A stretch of 41,479 nucleotides of DNA from an uncultured virus (IMG/VR IMGVR_UViG_3300033148_003000) (IMGVR_UViG_3300033148_003000), one strand, 5' to 3'. Counted from the stretch's first letter, positions 18,705-28,472 are shown. Notes: a model not told the origin generated them from the sequence alone. Program-made: numbers and translations.

Positions 18705-18804
18705 TCAGTCGTTCCTCCTTCGTGTACTGCGTATCATCTCGTTCATTCCTTCCTTTTAGTCAGTCATTCTCTCGATGCACTCCACTTACGTTTCGTGTCA
18801 TCTC
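18702..18804 (-). other. Purine-rich, GC-elevated intergenic element with GA-mismatch hairpins
   Basis: GAGATGACACGAAACGTAAGTGGAGTGCATC...GAGATGATACG...CACGAAGGAGGAACGACTGAGTG. Confidence 0.45.
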
Positions 18805-18807
18805 AAT

Positions 18808-19509
18808 CTAAGTTAGTTTTCCAGTTCCTAAATCTAAATAACCGTCTAATTCATTCTTTAAAAATTGTAACCAACAATCATAAGAAAGATCTTTACTAAG
18901 TCCACAACCATTCTTTGAAGTATACTCTGCAACTTCTTCAACGGTTTTAAATGCTGGAGTCAAAGGTGATCCTTCAGAAATTGTTTCCCATAGTTGATAA
19001 TAATCCCCTTCAGGAGGTCCGACTTTCCAAGGATTATCATCATCGTTATAAATATCTTGGATTGTTTGATTATGAAAGAATTTTCCTTCACCTTTACATA
19101 AAGAACAAAATTTTTCACATCCTAATTTTTTTGTTTGTACTTCAGCAAAAAAATGTGAAAATTTATATTTTGAATAAGTATTTTTATTACATTCATTAAA
19201 AATATAATCTTGTATTTTTTCTGGAGAATTATTTATTTCACCTTTTTTTAAATAAATTGATAGGTCTTCTTTTAAATTTATGTCTTTTAAAATCAACTCA
19301 ACATCTTCTAAATCTACAGAAAATATTCCTTCATGCTTCCATTCTTCTTCTATATTTTTATAAATATTAGTTACACCATCACCTTTACATTTAGGGCATA
19401 AAGGAGGAGAAATTGGACAAATATATCCCCACCAAATTTTACTTAAAGGCCAATCGAAATCTTTGGGAACTTTTCTTAAAATCCTATTAATATTCATTAT
19501 TATAGGCAT
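18808..19509 (-). CDS. Phage-type hypothetical protein with DnaJ-type zinc finger
   Basis: RKVPKDFDWPL..WWGY, CPKCKGDG, CSLCKGEG and PPEGDYYQLWETISEGSPLTP. The likely start is the ATG at 19509. Confidence 0.7.
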   Translation of the reverse strand: MPIIMNINRILRKVPKDFDWPLSKIWWGYICPISPPLCPKCKGDGVTNIYKNIEEEWKHEGIFSVDLEDVELILKDINLKEDLSIYLKKGEINNSPEKIQDYIFNECNKNTYSKYKFSHFFAEVQTKKLGCEKFCSLCKGEGKFFHNQTIQDIYNDDDNPWKVGPPEGDYYQLWETISEGSPLTPAFKTVEEVAEYTSKNGCGLSKDLSYDCWLQFLKNELDGYLDLGTGKLT

Positions 19510-19510
19510 A

Positions 19511-20371
19511 TTAATTTTTACCTTTCTTATTAAATTTAAATAATACTTGTTTATTATTCTTCCAAACAAATTCTTGTAATTGTGAACCTTTACCCTGTAT
19601 GAAATGATATATACAACTTTCAATCCAACTTTTTAAAGCCAGTGAATAAAATCTAAATATCTGTAAATATTCTATTTTATGTTTATGGTTATTGATCATA
19701 TAATCTACACCATTTGATAAACATGGATCTTTAACTATTGATCCTGTTTGTATTTCAGTTATCACACCATTTAGTGGTATATTGTGACTACTTTTTTCAA
19801 TAAGTTTTTCAATATTTTTTTTTTTCATGTTATTTAATTTCCTTTTATTATCTACATAATCTTGTATGTCTAAAAACCATAAACCTTCAAGTTTATTTAT
19901 TTCATTTTCACTAATATTATATTCTTTTAAAATTTCTTTTTGACAATCTTCAGGCATTTCTTCAAAAGGTATTTGACATTTTTCACAACCACCATTTATT
20001 GTTATCATAGAACAATAATCATCCATATCTGGATATGGTGGAGTTTCACCAAATGTTGGTATACATTCTTGTCTAGGATATATTTCTCTCATTTTGTATC
20101 CTTTTTTCAATATTTCCTTTGATTTTACACTTAATATTGATTTTAATATATCATAGTTGTGTTCATTACTATTTTGAATAATTTCTTCCGTTAAATTAGA
20201 ACATTTTTCTTTGTAATAATCTCTATCTACAGAAGTTTGATATAATTCAGTTTTCATATTTAAATATCGATTTATAACTCCTCCTATTTGATATAAAATA
20301 TTATCTATAGGATCATGTGTAACTAAATATTTGTATTTTTCATGAAATTTTTCTTTTTCCATTTTTTTCAA
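19511..20371 (-). CDS. Hypothetical protein (possibly several fused small ORFs)
   Basis: 286-aa ORF with internal SD+ATG sites before MREIYP and MKKKNI. Confidence 0.6.
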   Translation of the reverse strand: MKKMEKEKFHEKYKYLVTHDPIDNILYQIGGVINRYLNMKTELYQTSVDRDYYKEKCSNLTEEIIQNSNEHNYDILKSILSVKSKEILKKGYKMREIYPRQECIPTFGETPPYPDMDDYCSMITINGGCEKCQIPFEEMPEDCQKEILKEYNISENEINKLEGLWFLDIQDYVDNKRKLNNMKKKNIEKLIEKSSHNIPLNGVITEIQTGSIVKDPCLSNGVDYMINNHKHKIEYLQIFRFYSLALKSWIESCIYHFIQGKGSQLQEFVWKNNKQVLFKFNKKGKN

Positions 20372-20428
20372 TATTTGTTTCCTTTCTTTCCAACTATTTT
20401 ATACTTCAATTAATTTATATCTAATATT

Positions 20429-20456
20429 AGTATAACATAATATAAAAATAAATCAA
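20429..20456 (-). promoter_or_regulatory. Sigma70-type promoter
   Basis: TTGATT-16 bp-TATACT with an extended TG. TTAACAAA aa TTAACAAA lies upstream. Confidence 0.6.
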
Positions 20457-20494
20457 TGGTTAAAGAATAATTAAACAACAATAATTAACAAAAA

Positions 20495-20803
20495 TTAACA
20501 AATTTCTTTTTCATCATCAATTTCTTCTATAATAAAATCACCATTTTCATTTATTGAAGCAACTAATCTAATTTTATCATATTTAAAACCACCTTCATAT
20601 CCATGATAATATAAATTATCCCATTCTATTCTTTCGTTTAAATTATCCATCAAATATTCAGCCATACACAAACAATCATCATAATCAGGTGTACCTGATA
20701 TGTGATCATATTCATTAATATGTGAACCATTTAATCCTGATGCTATTTTATTAACATTAACATCATTCTTTTTTATTTTAAATACTATTTCTTTATCATT
20801 CAT
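20495..20803 (-). CDS. Acidic hypothetical protein
   Basis: ORF track, with RBS AAGGTG. Confidence 0.6.
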   Translation of the reverse strand: MNDKEIVFKIKKNDVNVNKIASGLNGSHINEYDHISGTPDYDDCLCMAEYLMDNLNERIEWDNLYYHGYEGGFKYDKIRLVASINENGDFIIEEIDDEKEIC

Positions 20804-20831
20804 TTTTCACCTTTATTTTCCTTCTTATTTA

Positions 20832-20861
20832 AGTATACCATTAATCAATGTCATATGTCAA
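20832..20861 (-). promoter_or_regulatory. Sigma70-type promoter
   Basis: TTGACA-18 bp-TATACT with an extended TG. Confidence 0.7.
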
Positions 20862-20912
20862 TAGAAATAAAAATAAAAATAAGAATCTTTTACAATTCTT
20901 ATTAACATTTTT

Positions 20913-21317
20913 TTAATATTCATGTTTTAAAATAAATCCACAATTAAAATATTGATCTGTATCGCATTGTTGATAAACATGTATGTTATCATACATATTG
21001 ATTGCAAATGAAAACAAATCACAAACAGTAAAACTTTCTTCTGTAAATAATTCTTTTCTTGGATGAAAATATAAAATATTAATTAAATCTAAAAATTTCA
21101 AAGTTTCTATATCTATTAATTTATTAAAATCTTTATTATCATCTTTTATAAAAACATGCAATCCGTCATGTTTTGTAAATTCAATAAATTCAAAACTTTC
21201 AGTTCCATATACTTTTAAACATCTTTTTATCATATTAAACATTTGATGTTGATGAATTATGTTAGTTTTTAATAAATATGATTTATTACTATCTTCAAAT
21301 TCAAAATTGTTTATCAT
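20913..21317 (-). CDS. Hypothetical protein
   Basis: ORF track. Confidence 0.6.
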   Translation of the reverse strand: MINNFEFEDSNKSYLLKTNIIHQHQMFNMIKRCLKVYGTESFEFIEFTKHDGLHVFIKDDNKDFNKLIDIETLKFLDLINILYFHPRKELFTEESFTVCDLFSFAINMYDNIHVYQQCDTDQYFNCGFILKHEY

Positions 21318-21356
21318 TAATATTCTATAACTCCGTTAATAAATTTGTTAACTTTT

Positions 21357-21929
21357 TTAATACTCTATTCCCCGTCTACTTTTAACATTTTTTCTAAAGT
21401 AGTGTTTCACATCTCTCATTTCTGTTACCAGATCTGCAATCTCGATGATTTCAGGAATTTCACTACGACCAGTTGTAATTATCTCAACATGTGAAGGTTT
21501 ATTTTTCAAGGTTTTAATTACATCTTCAATTGGTATTATTTCCATATCAACAATGATATGAAGTTCATCTAAAATAATCAGGTCGTAATAACCTCTTTGG
21601 ATTTCTTCTTTAGCAAATTCCCAACCATTTTCAATCACCTTGGTCATTCGAGAACTCAAATCTTTATGGTACAACACACGTTCAGGGCCAAACTGTTCAA
21701 CACGAAATTCAGACTTTTTTGTTCTTTTTTTGATTGTGTTAACTTCACCGTAGAAGTTGAGATCATCAGGATGAAGACCTTTTGTGTATAGAATCAATAA
21801 AACTTTCCAATTATGACCTAAAGCCCTGAAAGCAGTACCTATTGATGCAGAAGTTTTCGATTTACCTTTTCCGAAAAATACCTGAATATATCCCCTTTTT
21901 CCAAAATAAGGGTTGTGTGATTTTTCCAT
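21357..21929 (-). CDS. cobO: Cob(I)yrinic acid a,c-diamide / cob(I)alamin adenosyltransferase (CobA/CobO/BtuR)
   Basis: RGYIQVFFGKGKSKTSASIG..RALG, YDLIILDEL, ITTGR, ADLVTEMRDVKH and RRGIEY. Confidence 0.9.
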   Translation of the reverse strand: MEKSHNPYFGKRGYIQVFFGKGKSKTSASIGTAFRALGHNWKVLLILYTKGLHPDDLNFYGEVNTIKKRTKKSEFRVEQFGPERVLYHKDLSSRMTKVIENGWEFAKEEIQRGYYDLIILDELHIIVDMEIIPIEDVIKTLKNKPSHVEIITTGRSEIPEIIEIADLVTEMRDVKHYFRKNVKSRRGIEY

Positions 21930-22045
21930 TATTACCTCTTATTTATATTTACTTCTTTTAACAAAACCATTATTTTCATATAATTGAGAACGAAATGATT
22001 TTTCTATCCATTTTTTCATTTCTTCCATAATTAATCCTCTAACAT

Positions 22046-22354
22046 TTATCTATAAACATATTCATATCCTATTATTTTAAATATTTTATTTATAATTATT
22101 TGGATTTTAAAACGAAATGTTTTACGATATTTAAATTCACATAATTCTTTAGACCATTCTTGTATTAATAAACCTTTATCAACATAATCTCGCAATATTT
22201 TAGTAACTAAATATGTATCAAATACTTCTATACAATTATCTATTGTTAGATTATCTTGATATTTATAATTAATAATCGCTTTACATTCATTGATATTATC
22301 ATCATTAAATCCATAATCATTTTTTAATTCTTTGTTTAATTCTTCTGTAAACAT
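22046..22354 (-). CDS. Hypothetical protein
   Basis: ORF track, with RBS AGGAG. Confidence 0.6.
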   Translation of the reverse strand: MFTEELNKELKNDYGFNDDNINECKAIINYKYQDNLTIDNCIEVFDTYLVTKILRDYVDKGLLIQEWSKELCEFKYRKTFRFKIQIIINKIFKIIGYEYVYR

Positions 22355-22377
22355 TATAATTATCTCCTATTAAACAC

Positions 22378-22587
22378 TTACTTTAACAGTCTTTCAAATT
22401 GAAACAACGTTAAAAATTTACAATATAAATTTTTACCTTTTTTGTCTAAAATCCTCAGTTTAAATTCTCTATTAACACCAGGTTGTTTAACATGGTCAAC
22501 AACAACCGTTTTTCCATTAACCTGGTCTTCTAAGATCACAAATCTTTTAATATTTAAATCAATCATCATATCCTTGTATTTTTTCAC
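22378..22587 (-). CDS. Hypothetical protein (start uncertain)
   Basis: ORF track. Confidence 0.5.
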   Translation of the reverse strand: MKKYKDMMIDLNIKRFVILEDQVNGKTVVVDHVKQPGVNREFKLRILDKKGKNLYCKFLTLFQFERLLK

Positions 22588-22639
22588 CCAACTTAATAAA
22601 CCATTTACCTAAATATTCCAATTAAAATCCAATCTAACA

Positions 22640-22960
22640 TCATTCCCGATCCTCATATAAATTATCTTTAGTAAAATGTTTTGTTAATTCTTTGTTCAAA
22701 TCCCAATAAAATTTGTTTCGAACTTCTTGATTAGGAAAACACATCAACAAGTTTTTATCTTGTAATGTGTAATCTTTATCTAAACCTACACAAAAAACTT
22801 GTTTGGAATCTCTAACTAAATTGATTTTATAAAGAACATCATGTTCAGAAATTTGGGTTAATCGCCCTTTAGAATCTGCAAAAAATCCTTTAGATTGATC
22901 AAGAATCCCAATCATTGAAATTAATACTAAACTTATTATTAAAAAATATTTAATTGTCAT
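22640..22960 (-). CDS. Secreted or membrane-anchored hypothetical protein
   Basis: N-terminal hydrophobic signal and a C-terminal CFPNQEVRNKFY helix. Confidence 0.6.
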   Translation of the reverse strand: MTIKYFLIISLVLISMIGILDQSKGFFADSKGRLTQISEHDVLYKINLVRDSKQVFCVGLDKDYTLQDKNLLMCFPNQEVRNKFYWDLNKELTKHFTKDNLYEDRE

Positions 22961-22973
22961 TATTATAATTATC

Positions 22974-23372
22974 CTATTTACTTGTTAATTGTTTATACTC
23001 TTTTATTAATTGATCTTGTTTAGATAATGATAAAGAAGAATAGTTCATATTCAATCCCAAAATGTCTTCTAATTCATGTACTCTACATGTATAAAATTTA
23101 TCTTCATAATGACAATCAGGATGTTCATGTAATCCACATCCATAAAATTCACAATTCAAACAATAATTTGGTTCATTTACTTCTTCAGAAAATTGGGTAT
23201 AATCTTCAAAAATTTCTTCACCATTATCATCTAAACCCAATTCACCTTTAGATATTAATTCTTCAAATATCCAAAAACGTTCCCAAATTAAACACCATTT
23301 TTTGTATAAAGATTGTCCTTTAATGATTAAATCTTTTATCTTAGAATTTAAAACATTTATTATCATATACAT
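22974..23372 (-). CDS. Cys-rich hypothetical protein
   Basis: ORF track. Confidence 0.55.
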   Translation of the reverse strand: MYMIINVLNSKIKDLIIKGQSLYKKWCLIWERFWIFEELISKGELGLDDNGEEIFEDYTQFSEEVNEPNYCLNCEFYGCGLHEHPDCHYEDKFYTCRVHELEDILGLNMNYSSLSLSKQDQLIKEYKQLTSK

Positions 23373-23847
23373 ATAATTTATACCTTTCTATTAACTCAAT
23401 CAACATTTCACCCTTTGTTTTACCGTTAACTTCTTTTGCATTAGGTGCATATATGTCGCCCAAAATTTCACAAAATTGTTTCACGTGGTATCGTTCTTTC
23501 AACGCCTTACCGTAAACCAGCACTTCACTTAACCATCTACGATATGACAGGTAATAACACATACACCACACTGATTGATCCACGGTTTTAAATACACAAT
23601 ATTCACATTTACCATCACATGCACATATTTCGACTTTATCAATATTGAATTCTTTCGGTACTACACTTTTCAACGCAGAATATTTAATTCCAAATAAATT
23701 ATTGTATTGAGACAATTTTGATCGTCCCCAACCACTTTCATTGATTGCATTAGCGATTATGAAACTCGGTGCAATATTAAAATCTCTTTCACATTTTTTT
23801 GAGACTGTAATTAAACTGTCTATGAATTTTCTTTGATATGTTTGCAT
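23341..23847 (-). CDS. Glucosaminidase / muramidase (GH73, FlgJ-like) peptidoglycan hydrolase
   Basis: IIANAINESGWGRS...NNLFGIK...YA...LIERYKL. Confidence 0.8.
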   Translation of the reverse strand: MQTYQRKFIDSLITVSKKCERDFNIAPSFIIANAINESGWGRSKLSQYNNLFGIKYSALKSVVPKEFNIDKVEICACDGKCEYCVFKTVDQSVWCMCYYLSYRRWLSEVLVYGKALKERYHVKQFCEILGDIYAPNAKEVNGKTKGEMLIELIERYKLYVYDNKCFKF

Positions 23848-24139
23848 TGTAAATCCTTTTCTAATTTATTCCACAACTTTTCCATCAATTCCTTTTGTCT
23901 TTTTATAAAATACGGATATTTTTTAATTGGTTTAATTATAATATCGATTATATCACATTTTCTAACTATATTAAGATCAATTACTTGATTAAGATGATAA
24001 TCAAAATTAAAATGTTTCTTATCAATAAAATAATACTCTCTATTAATATCATCTACCTGAAATCCGACACTATATAATATTCATCGATGTATTCTATAAC
24101 CCCATGATATGTATTGTTTACAATATCTCTATTATTCAT
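23820..24139 (-). pseudogene. Hypothetical gene with a 1-nt frameshift near 24070
   Basis: MNNRDIVNNTYHGVIEYIDEYY in one frame continues as SVGFQVDDINREYYFIDKKHF...KENS* in another. Together they fill the gap in the ORF track. Confidence 0.55.
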
Positions 24140-24329
24140 TTAAAATTTTCCTTTTATACATTTCACAAGTAAAATTATATATAAATTCACGAGTTAACTT
24201 GTCTTCAGTATCAAATTGAATATAAACATTACCATATATCATTAATCTTATAAAAAAATCTATTAAAAAATCACAATATGCTTTATTAGTAGTCATTTTA
24301 TTAATTATTATTGTATTTTTGTTAACCAT
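24132..24329 (-). CDS. Hypothetical protein
   Basis: ORF track. Confidence 0.5.
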   Translation of the reverse strand: MVNKNTIIINKMTTNKAYCDFLIDFFIRLMIYGNVYIQFDTEDKLTREFIYNFTCEMYKRKILNE

Positions 24330-24333
24330 TAAA

Positions 24334-24864
24334 TCACTTTCTTTTAATTTTTCTTCTTTTAGATTTCGCCTTTTTAGTATAACTCACACCACCAATTTTA
24401 TCAATTAGATCAGGTGTTAAATTTTGCAGTATGACGGATTTCCATTTAGGTTTGACTACACGTTTGGGTTTCAACCATTCTGAAATGTAAACATTATTGT
24501 ACTTGAAATTTTCGTTAGTTAATGATTCAGGACCATATTTGAGAATACCCAACCCTAACGCTTCACACAGATATTTGATACGTGCCAATTCAGGTGATCT
24601 TGGTACGACATATTGACCTTTAAACGGGAAAACTAAATATGAATAATTACAAAACCAGGTGTTTTTAAATGTTTGAAATAGTAGATGTAAATTACACAAT
24701 AATTTCATCTCTACAGCTACGAGAACACCACCTTTCTTACCAACATGATCAATAACCCCTTTTTTGTCGGGAACTTCACCATAGACCTCAAAACCTCGAT
24801 GTTTTAAATATGCCACAATCGCTGAAGACATATCTGATTCTTTTTTAGGTATCCAAGTAGACAT
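24334..24864 (-). CDS. PD-(D/E)XK nuclease-like protein (DUF2161-like)
   Basis: KESD...YLKHRGFEVYGEV...IDHVG....VAVEMK....L.Q. Confidence 0.65.
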   Translation of the reverse strand: MSTWIPKKESDMSSAIVAYLKHRGFEVYGEVPDKKGVIDHVGKKGGVLVAVEMKLLCNLHLLFQTFKNTWFCNYSYLVFPFKGQYVVPRSPELARIKYLCEALGLGILKYGPESLTNENFKYNNVYISEWLKPKRVVKPKWKSVILQNLTPDLIDKIGGVSYTKKAKSKRRKIKRK

Positions 24865-25037
24865 TTATTTAACTTTCTTTAATAATTTATTTATCATTTT
24901 TCTTAAAGTCTTCATATTTTATAACCTTTTCATCATCGTATAAAGAACTAAATCCACATGTTGTATGAAATTTACATTTCTTACATATATTAGATACATA
25001 CAAAGAACGTATTTTATTTAATAATTTATTTAATAAT

Positions 25038-25291
25038 TTATTTATCAATTTCAAATTCCTTGTCTAATCTTTCATCTTCTTTTATTTCTTTAAATAATTT
25101 ATCAACGAGTTGTTGAGCTTCCCATTCAACTGCTTCAAATAACACGCCTTGATCACCAATTCTTCCTTAACAGTATGTCTATGAATATTGTGAAGAATAT
25201 CTCCAGGGATACCTTTAGGAAACGCAACACAATTAAATCTTAAATGATTAAAATGTTTACAAAATACACATTGTGAAATTCTATAACTCAT
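25038..25291 (-). pseudogene. Small Cys-rich phage protein (CxxC...CxAFPxGIP family), frameshifted near 25165
   Basis: After HRHTVK, the expected GDxGxxFE motif (IGDQGVLFEAVEW...EIDK*) is in a different frame. Confidence 0.55.
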
Positions 25292-25304
25292 GGTTTATAC
25301 CTCG

Positions 25305-25583
25305 TTAATCTCTATAAACTTTAATTATACCTAAATTCCCATCATATTTTGTATAATAATATTTTTTTTCTTTATCACAATAATTCCAAATTACATAATC
25401 TAAAACACCTTTTTCTGTAAATTCAAAAATCAATAAATTATCATAATTATCTTTAAGATCTTCATGTTTTTCAACAATTTCTTCAAAATTCCACCCAATT
25501 AGAACCAATTCTTGAGTATCCCAGTAACTATTCCACAACGCATAGAAATGTTTCCTAAATTTTTCTGTACATTTATTACACAT
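25305..25583 (-). CDS. Hypothetical protein
   Basis: ORF track, with RBS GGAG. Confidence 0.55.
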   Translation of the reverse strand: MCNKCTEKFRKHFYALWNSYWDTQELVLIGWNFEEIVEKHEDLKDNYDNLLIFEFTEKGVLDYVIWNYCDKEKKYYYTKYDGNLGIIKVYRD

Positions 25584-25607
25584 TTTATTTCTCCAATTAC
25601 CTAATAT

Positions 25608-26150
25608 TTATTTATACTCAACAACTACAACTTCCAACCCTCTAGTTTTCGCCTTTTCAATTGAGTCTTTGGTTCCTAGGCTTTCACCATCCCAAAATGC
25701 AATCAACAAATCAGAATTCATCACAATGTCAACATTTCTTTCAAAACCTGCACGAGGATTATATCGACCATTTTTGTTCCATTCAGGTTTAAAAATAAGT
25801 GTTGGAATCAGTCTTTCTTTAGCATATCTTTCACTCAAACTATCGGCACCCTTCGCTTTACCAGAAACAATAGCACCAATTTTATATTCGTCTAAAGTTT
25901 GTTTAAGTAATTTGTAATCTTTAAATCCACGACTACCAACCACACCTACCCTATCATATGTTTCAATATCTACATGATGACAAGATAAACCTAAGAAAAT
26001 TTGTGTCCATAACATTGTACCAACTTTTGGGTGATTAATTGTTTCTTTTGTTAATTCATTAAGAAATTTTATATATTCATTCCTAGTTTTAAACCTAATT
26101 CCACAATGATTTAACATTTCTTGTTGGTCTTTAAATACTTCAAATTGCAT
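25608..26150 (-). CDS. SLOG-superfamily (DUF2493/YspA-like) protein with an N-terminal extension
   Basis: VVGSRGF.DY, IVSGKAKGADSL, AGFERN and AFWDGESLGTKDSI. The likely start is MQFEV. Confidence 0.85.
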   Translation of the reverse strand: MQFEVFKDQQEMLNHCGIRFKTRNEYIKFLNELTKETINHPKVGTMLWTQIFLGLSCHHVDIETYDRVGVVGSRGFKDYKLLKQTLDEYKIGAIVSGKAKGADSLSERYAKERLIPTLIFKPEWNKNGRYNPRAGFERNVDIVMNSDLLIAFWDGESLGTKDSIEKAKTRGLEVVVVEYK

Positions 26151-26451
26151 TTGGTTTACCCATTTCTTCAAAAGTATCAACTAAATTTGATTCTATTATA
26201 TCAACATCAAAATCCATCTCAAGATCAACATCTAGATTATATTTATCTATAAAATCAAATTTAACTTTTCTTCTATCTTTCCATGGATAACTATCATACT
26301 CTTTCTTAAATGTTATAAAATCATTATATAATTTATCAACTTCGTCTTTAGAAGTAAAACATGTATTATTAATCATTACTTTATAAGACCATTCCCAATC
26401 ATATTGACAAAATTCAACATAATATATTTTAATTTTCATTTGTTTACTCAT
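26140..26451 (-). CDS. Hypothetical protein
   Basis: ORF track. Confidence 0.6.
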   Translation of the reverse strand: MSKQMKIKIYYVEFCQYDWEWSYKVMINNTCFTSKDEVDKLYNDFITFKKEYDSYPWKDRRKVKFDFIDKYNLDVDLEMDFDVDIIESNLVDTFEEMGKPNAI

Positions 26452-26850
26452 TTATAAATCCCAATCACCTAATGTTTTAAATGTTTCTTGTAATCTTTTA
26501 ATATTTTCTAATACTTGTTTTTCACGTCGTTCTAAATGTCGTTGTTTATTAACTTCTCGATTTTTAAACAACGTTGCACGTCTTCGTTCTTGGGTTAACT
26601 CTTTTTTAAGACGTAATTTTTCGACTTCTTCATCTTCTTTATATTTTAACTTTTGTTCTTTTAATAATTGGTCATAATTTTGTTCTATAAAGTCATCTAT
26701 GTCCATTTCAAGTTCTTCTTTTGTAACACATGCACAAAAAGGATCTAAATACACTCCACCTGTATAATTTATGTGATTACATTGATCTCTAAATTCACAA
26801 GTTTGACAACTATTATCATATTGTTCTTCAAAATATTCACTAAGATTCAT
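26452..26850 (-). CDS. Hypothetical protein (Cys motif plus coiled coil)
   Basis: ORF track, with RBS AGGAG. Confidence 0.6.
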   Translation of the reverse strand: MNLSEYFEEQYDNSCQTCEFRDQCNHINYTGGVYLDPFCACVTKEELEMDIDDFIEQNYDQLLKEQKLKYKEDEEVEKLRLKKELTQERRRATLFKNREVNKQRHLERREKQVLENIKRLQETFKTLGDWDL

Positions 26851-26863
26851 CTATTTTATTCTC

Positions 26864-27346
26864 CTACTTAAACTTATCCCAAAAACTTTTAGGTGCATAT
26901 TCTTTTGATATTTCAACCAAATAATCTTCAGGATCAAAATTAGAAAAATTTAGAATATTTTCTTCAATATTTGTAAAAATCCTAAAGTCTTTTTTAAATT
27001 CTTCTCCTGTATACTGATCAAATATATCCCGCTTGTTTTTTACCAACCATCTAGTTGTTAATTTTAGATTGGTTATACCAACAAAAGAGTGTATTTTTAT
27101 ACCCCATTCATTTATTAATATTTCATTTAATTGCAACGTATCTTCCATACAATTTCTTCCATTATGAATAACAGTTTTCATTTCATTAGTATCAATATTA
27201 TAAAATAAACATTTACTCCATCCTAATTGCGCTAACTTTTCTTTTCTTATATTATCTAAATAATTAAAAAATTCTTTTGTAATGTAATACGCTTTAACAG
27301 GTTTAGATTGAATCATTTTTGTTTGAATTTTTGGTTGATTATTCAT
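26864..27346 (-). CDS. Hypothetical protein
   Basis: ORF track, with RBS GGAG. Confidence 0.6.
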   Translation of the reverse strand: MNNQPKIQTKMIQSKPVKAYYITKEFFNYLDNIRKEKLAQLGWSKCLFYNIDTNEMKTVIHNGRNCMEDTLQLNEILINEWGIKIHSFVGITNLKLTTRWLVKNKRDIFDQYTGEEFKKDFRIFTNIEENILNFSNFDPEDYLVEISKEYAPKSFWDKFK

Positions 27347-27376
27347 CCTTATTTACTCCAAATATATTAATTTTTA

Positions 27377-27829
27377 TTAATTTTTATTAATGTCTTCACA
27401 CACTAACCTGGATCTAACTAACATCAAAATCTGACCTAACTTATTTAACCCTTTTCCAGTTTTCCCCGAACCCCAATAATTATCCCATGGTGAGTTTTCA
27501 ATTATGTGTGAAGTTTCAGTGTATTTCAATTTTTGTGCTAATAAAGGATTTTGTTTAAATTTCTCGTAAACTCCTTGATACATTACATAGTCTTTAATAA
27601 CATCAAAGATTTCTCTCATGGGTAATTGTTTACCTAATCTTCGTGCATCAGAAGCCAAACTACATTGCAGAACCTGTTTTTGATGTTCTTTTTTAACAAA
27701 TTTTTTTGATTGATAAAAATGCTCGACAGTTTTGTATATGAAGCCATCTACTTTAAACTTTGCAAAATAAAAATTTGACAAATAACCATAAGATGGATCT
27801 TTACAACCTTTAAATTTAAGTTCTTTCAT
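27377..27829 (-). CDS. NADAR (YbiA-like) family protein
   Basis: LSNFY, TVEHFYQSKKF, KFKQNP, IIENSPWDNYWG and GLNKLGQILMLVR. Confidence 0.9.
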   Translation of the reverse strand: MKELKFKGCKDPSYGYLSNFYFAKFKVDGFIYKTVEHFYQSKKFVKKEHQKQVLQCSLASDARRLGKQLPMREIFDVIKDYVMYQGVYEKFKQNPLLAQKLKYTETSHIIENSPWDNYWGSGKTGKGLNKLGQILMLVRSRLVCEDINKN

Positions 27830-27847
27830 TTTGTTTAATCCTTTATT

Positions 27848-28135
27848 TTATTCAATATTAGTAATATTAAAATTTTTCTTTAATTCTTCTATTGTTTTTT
27901 GAGTTAATTTAATACCATCATTATCAACAACAAGATACTCATTTTGCCATAAATAAATAAGTAAGAGTTCTATTACATCAATACTTATATCTAATTCTTT
28001 TGTTACTGATTCCTTAAATTCAACTAGATTATTTTTTTCAAAATCATCCCTAGTTAATTCATATTTATTATCATTAATACCTCTCAAAAATTCTATGAGT
28101 ATTTCTTCATATCTTTTTTCTTTTTGTTTAATCAT
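27848..28135 (-). CDS. Hypothetical protein (possible winged helix)
   Basis: LWQNEYL.....IKLTQK pattern. Confidence 0.5.
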   Translation of the reverse strand: MIKQKEKRYEEILIEFLRGINDNKYELTRDDFEKNNLVEFKESVTKELDISIDVIELLLIYLWQNEYLVVDNDGIKLTQKTIEELKKNFNITNIE

Positions 28136-28472
28136 TTTGTTTTTCCTTTTTCATCTTTCTAAAATTAGTTTTTGGAATAAACCCATCTTGAGGGTCGCCG
28201 TCTTCTTCTCTAAAATGATTAAACCTCACATTGTAACCCAATTCAATCATATCATCAATAAATTCTGGTTCTACACTAATATATCCATTATAATTACAAT
28301 TTTCATGACACCCACAACAAGAATCTCCTGTTATAATTCCCAATCCCCAAAGATTCAATATTTCTTCTTTCAAACATTTATCAATGCAAATTCTTTTTTT
28401 AGATGAATTCCAAAAAGGTTTTAATTCAATATGACATTGGTATTCTTGAACACGACTTTCTTTACATTTCAT
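28128..28472 (-). CDS. Phage-type hypothetical protein
   Basis: IDKCL..EI..LW..GI.T..CCG motif. Confidence 0.6.
   Translation of the reverse strand: MKCKESRVQEYQCHIELKPFWNSSKKRICIDKCLKEEILNLWGLGIITGDSCCGCHENCNYNGYISVEPEFIDDMIELGYNVRFNHFREEDGDPQDGFIPKTNFRKMKKEKQND

Noticed and set aside
19510..19623. Long overlap between ORFs 18808..19623 and 19511..20371
   Set aside because: It is an artefact of the upstream TTG start. The ATG at 19509 with an SD removes the overlap.
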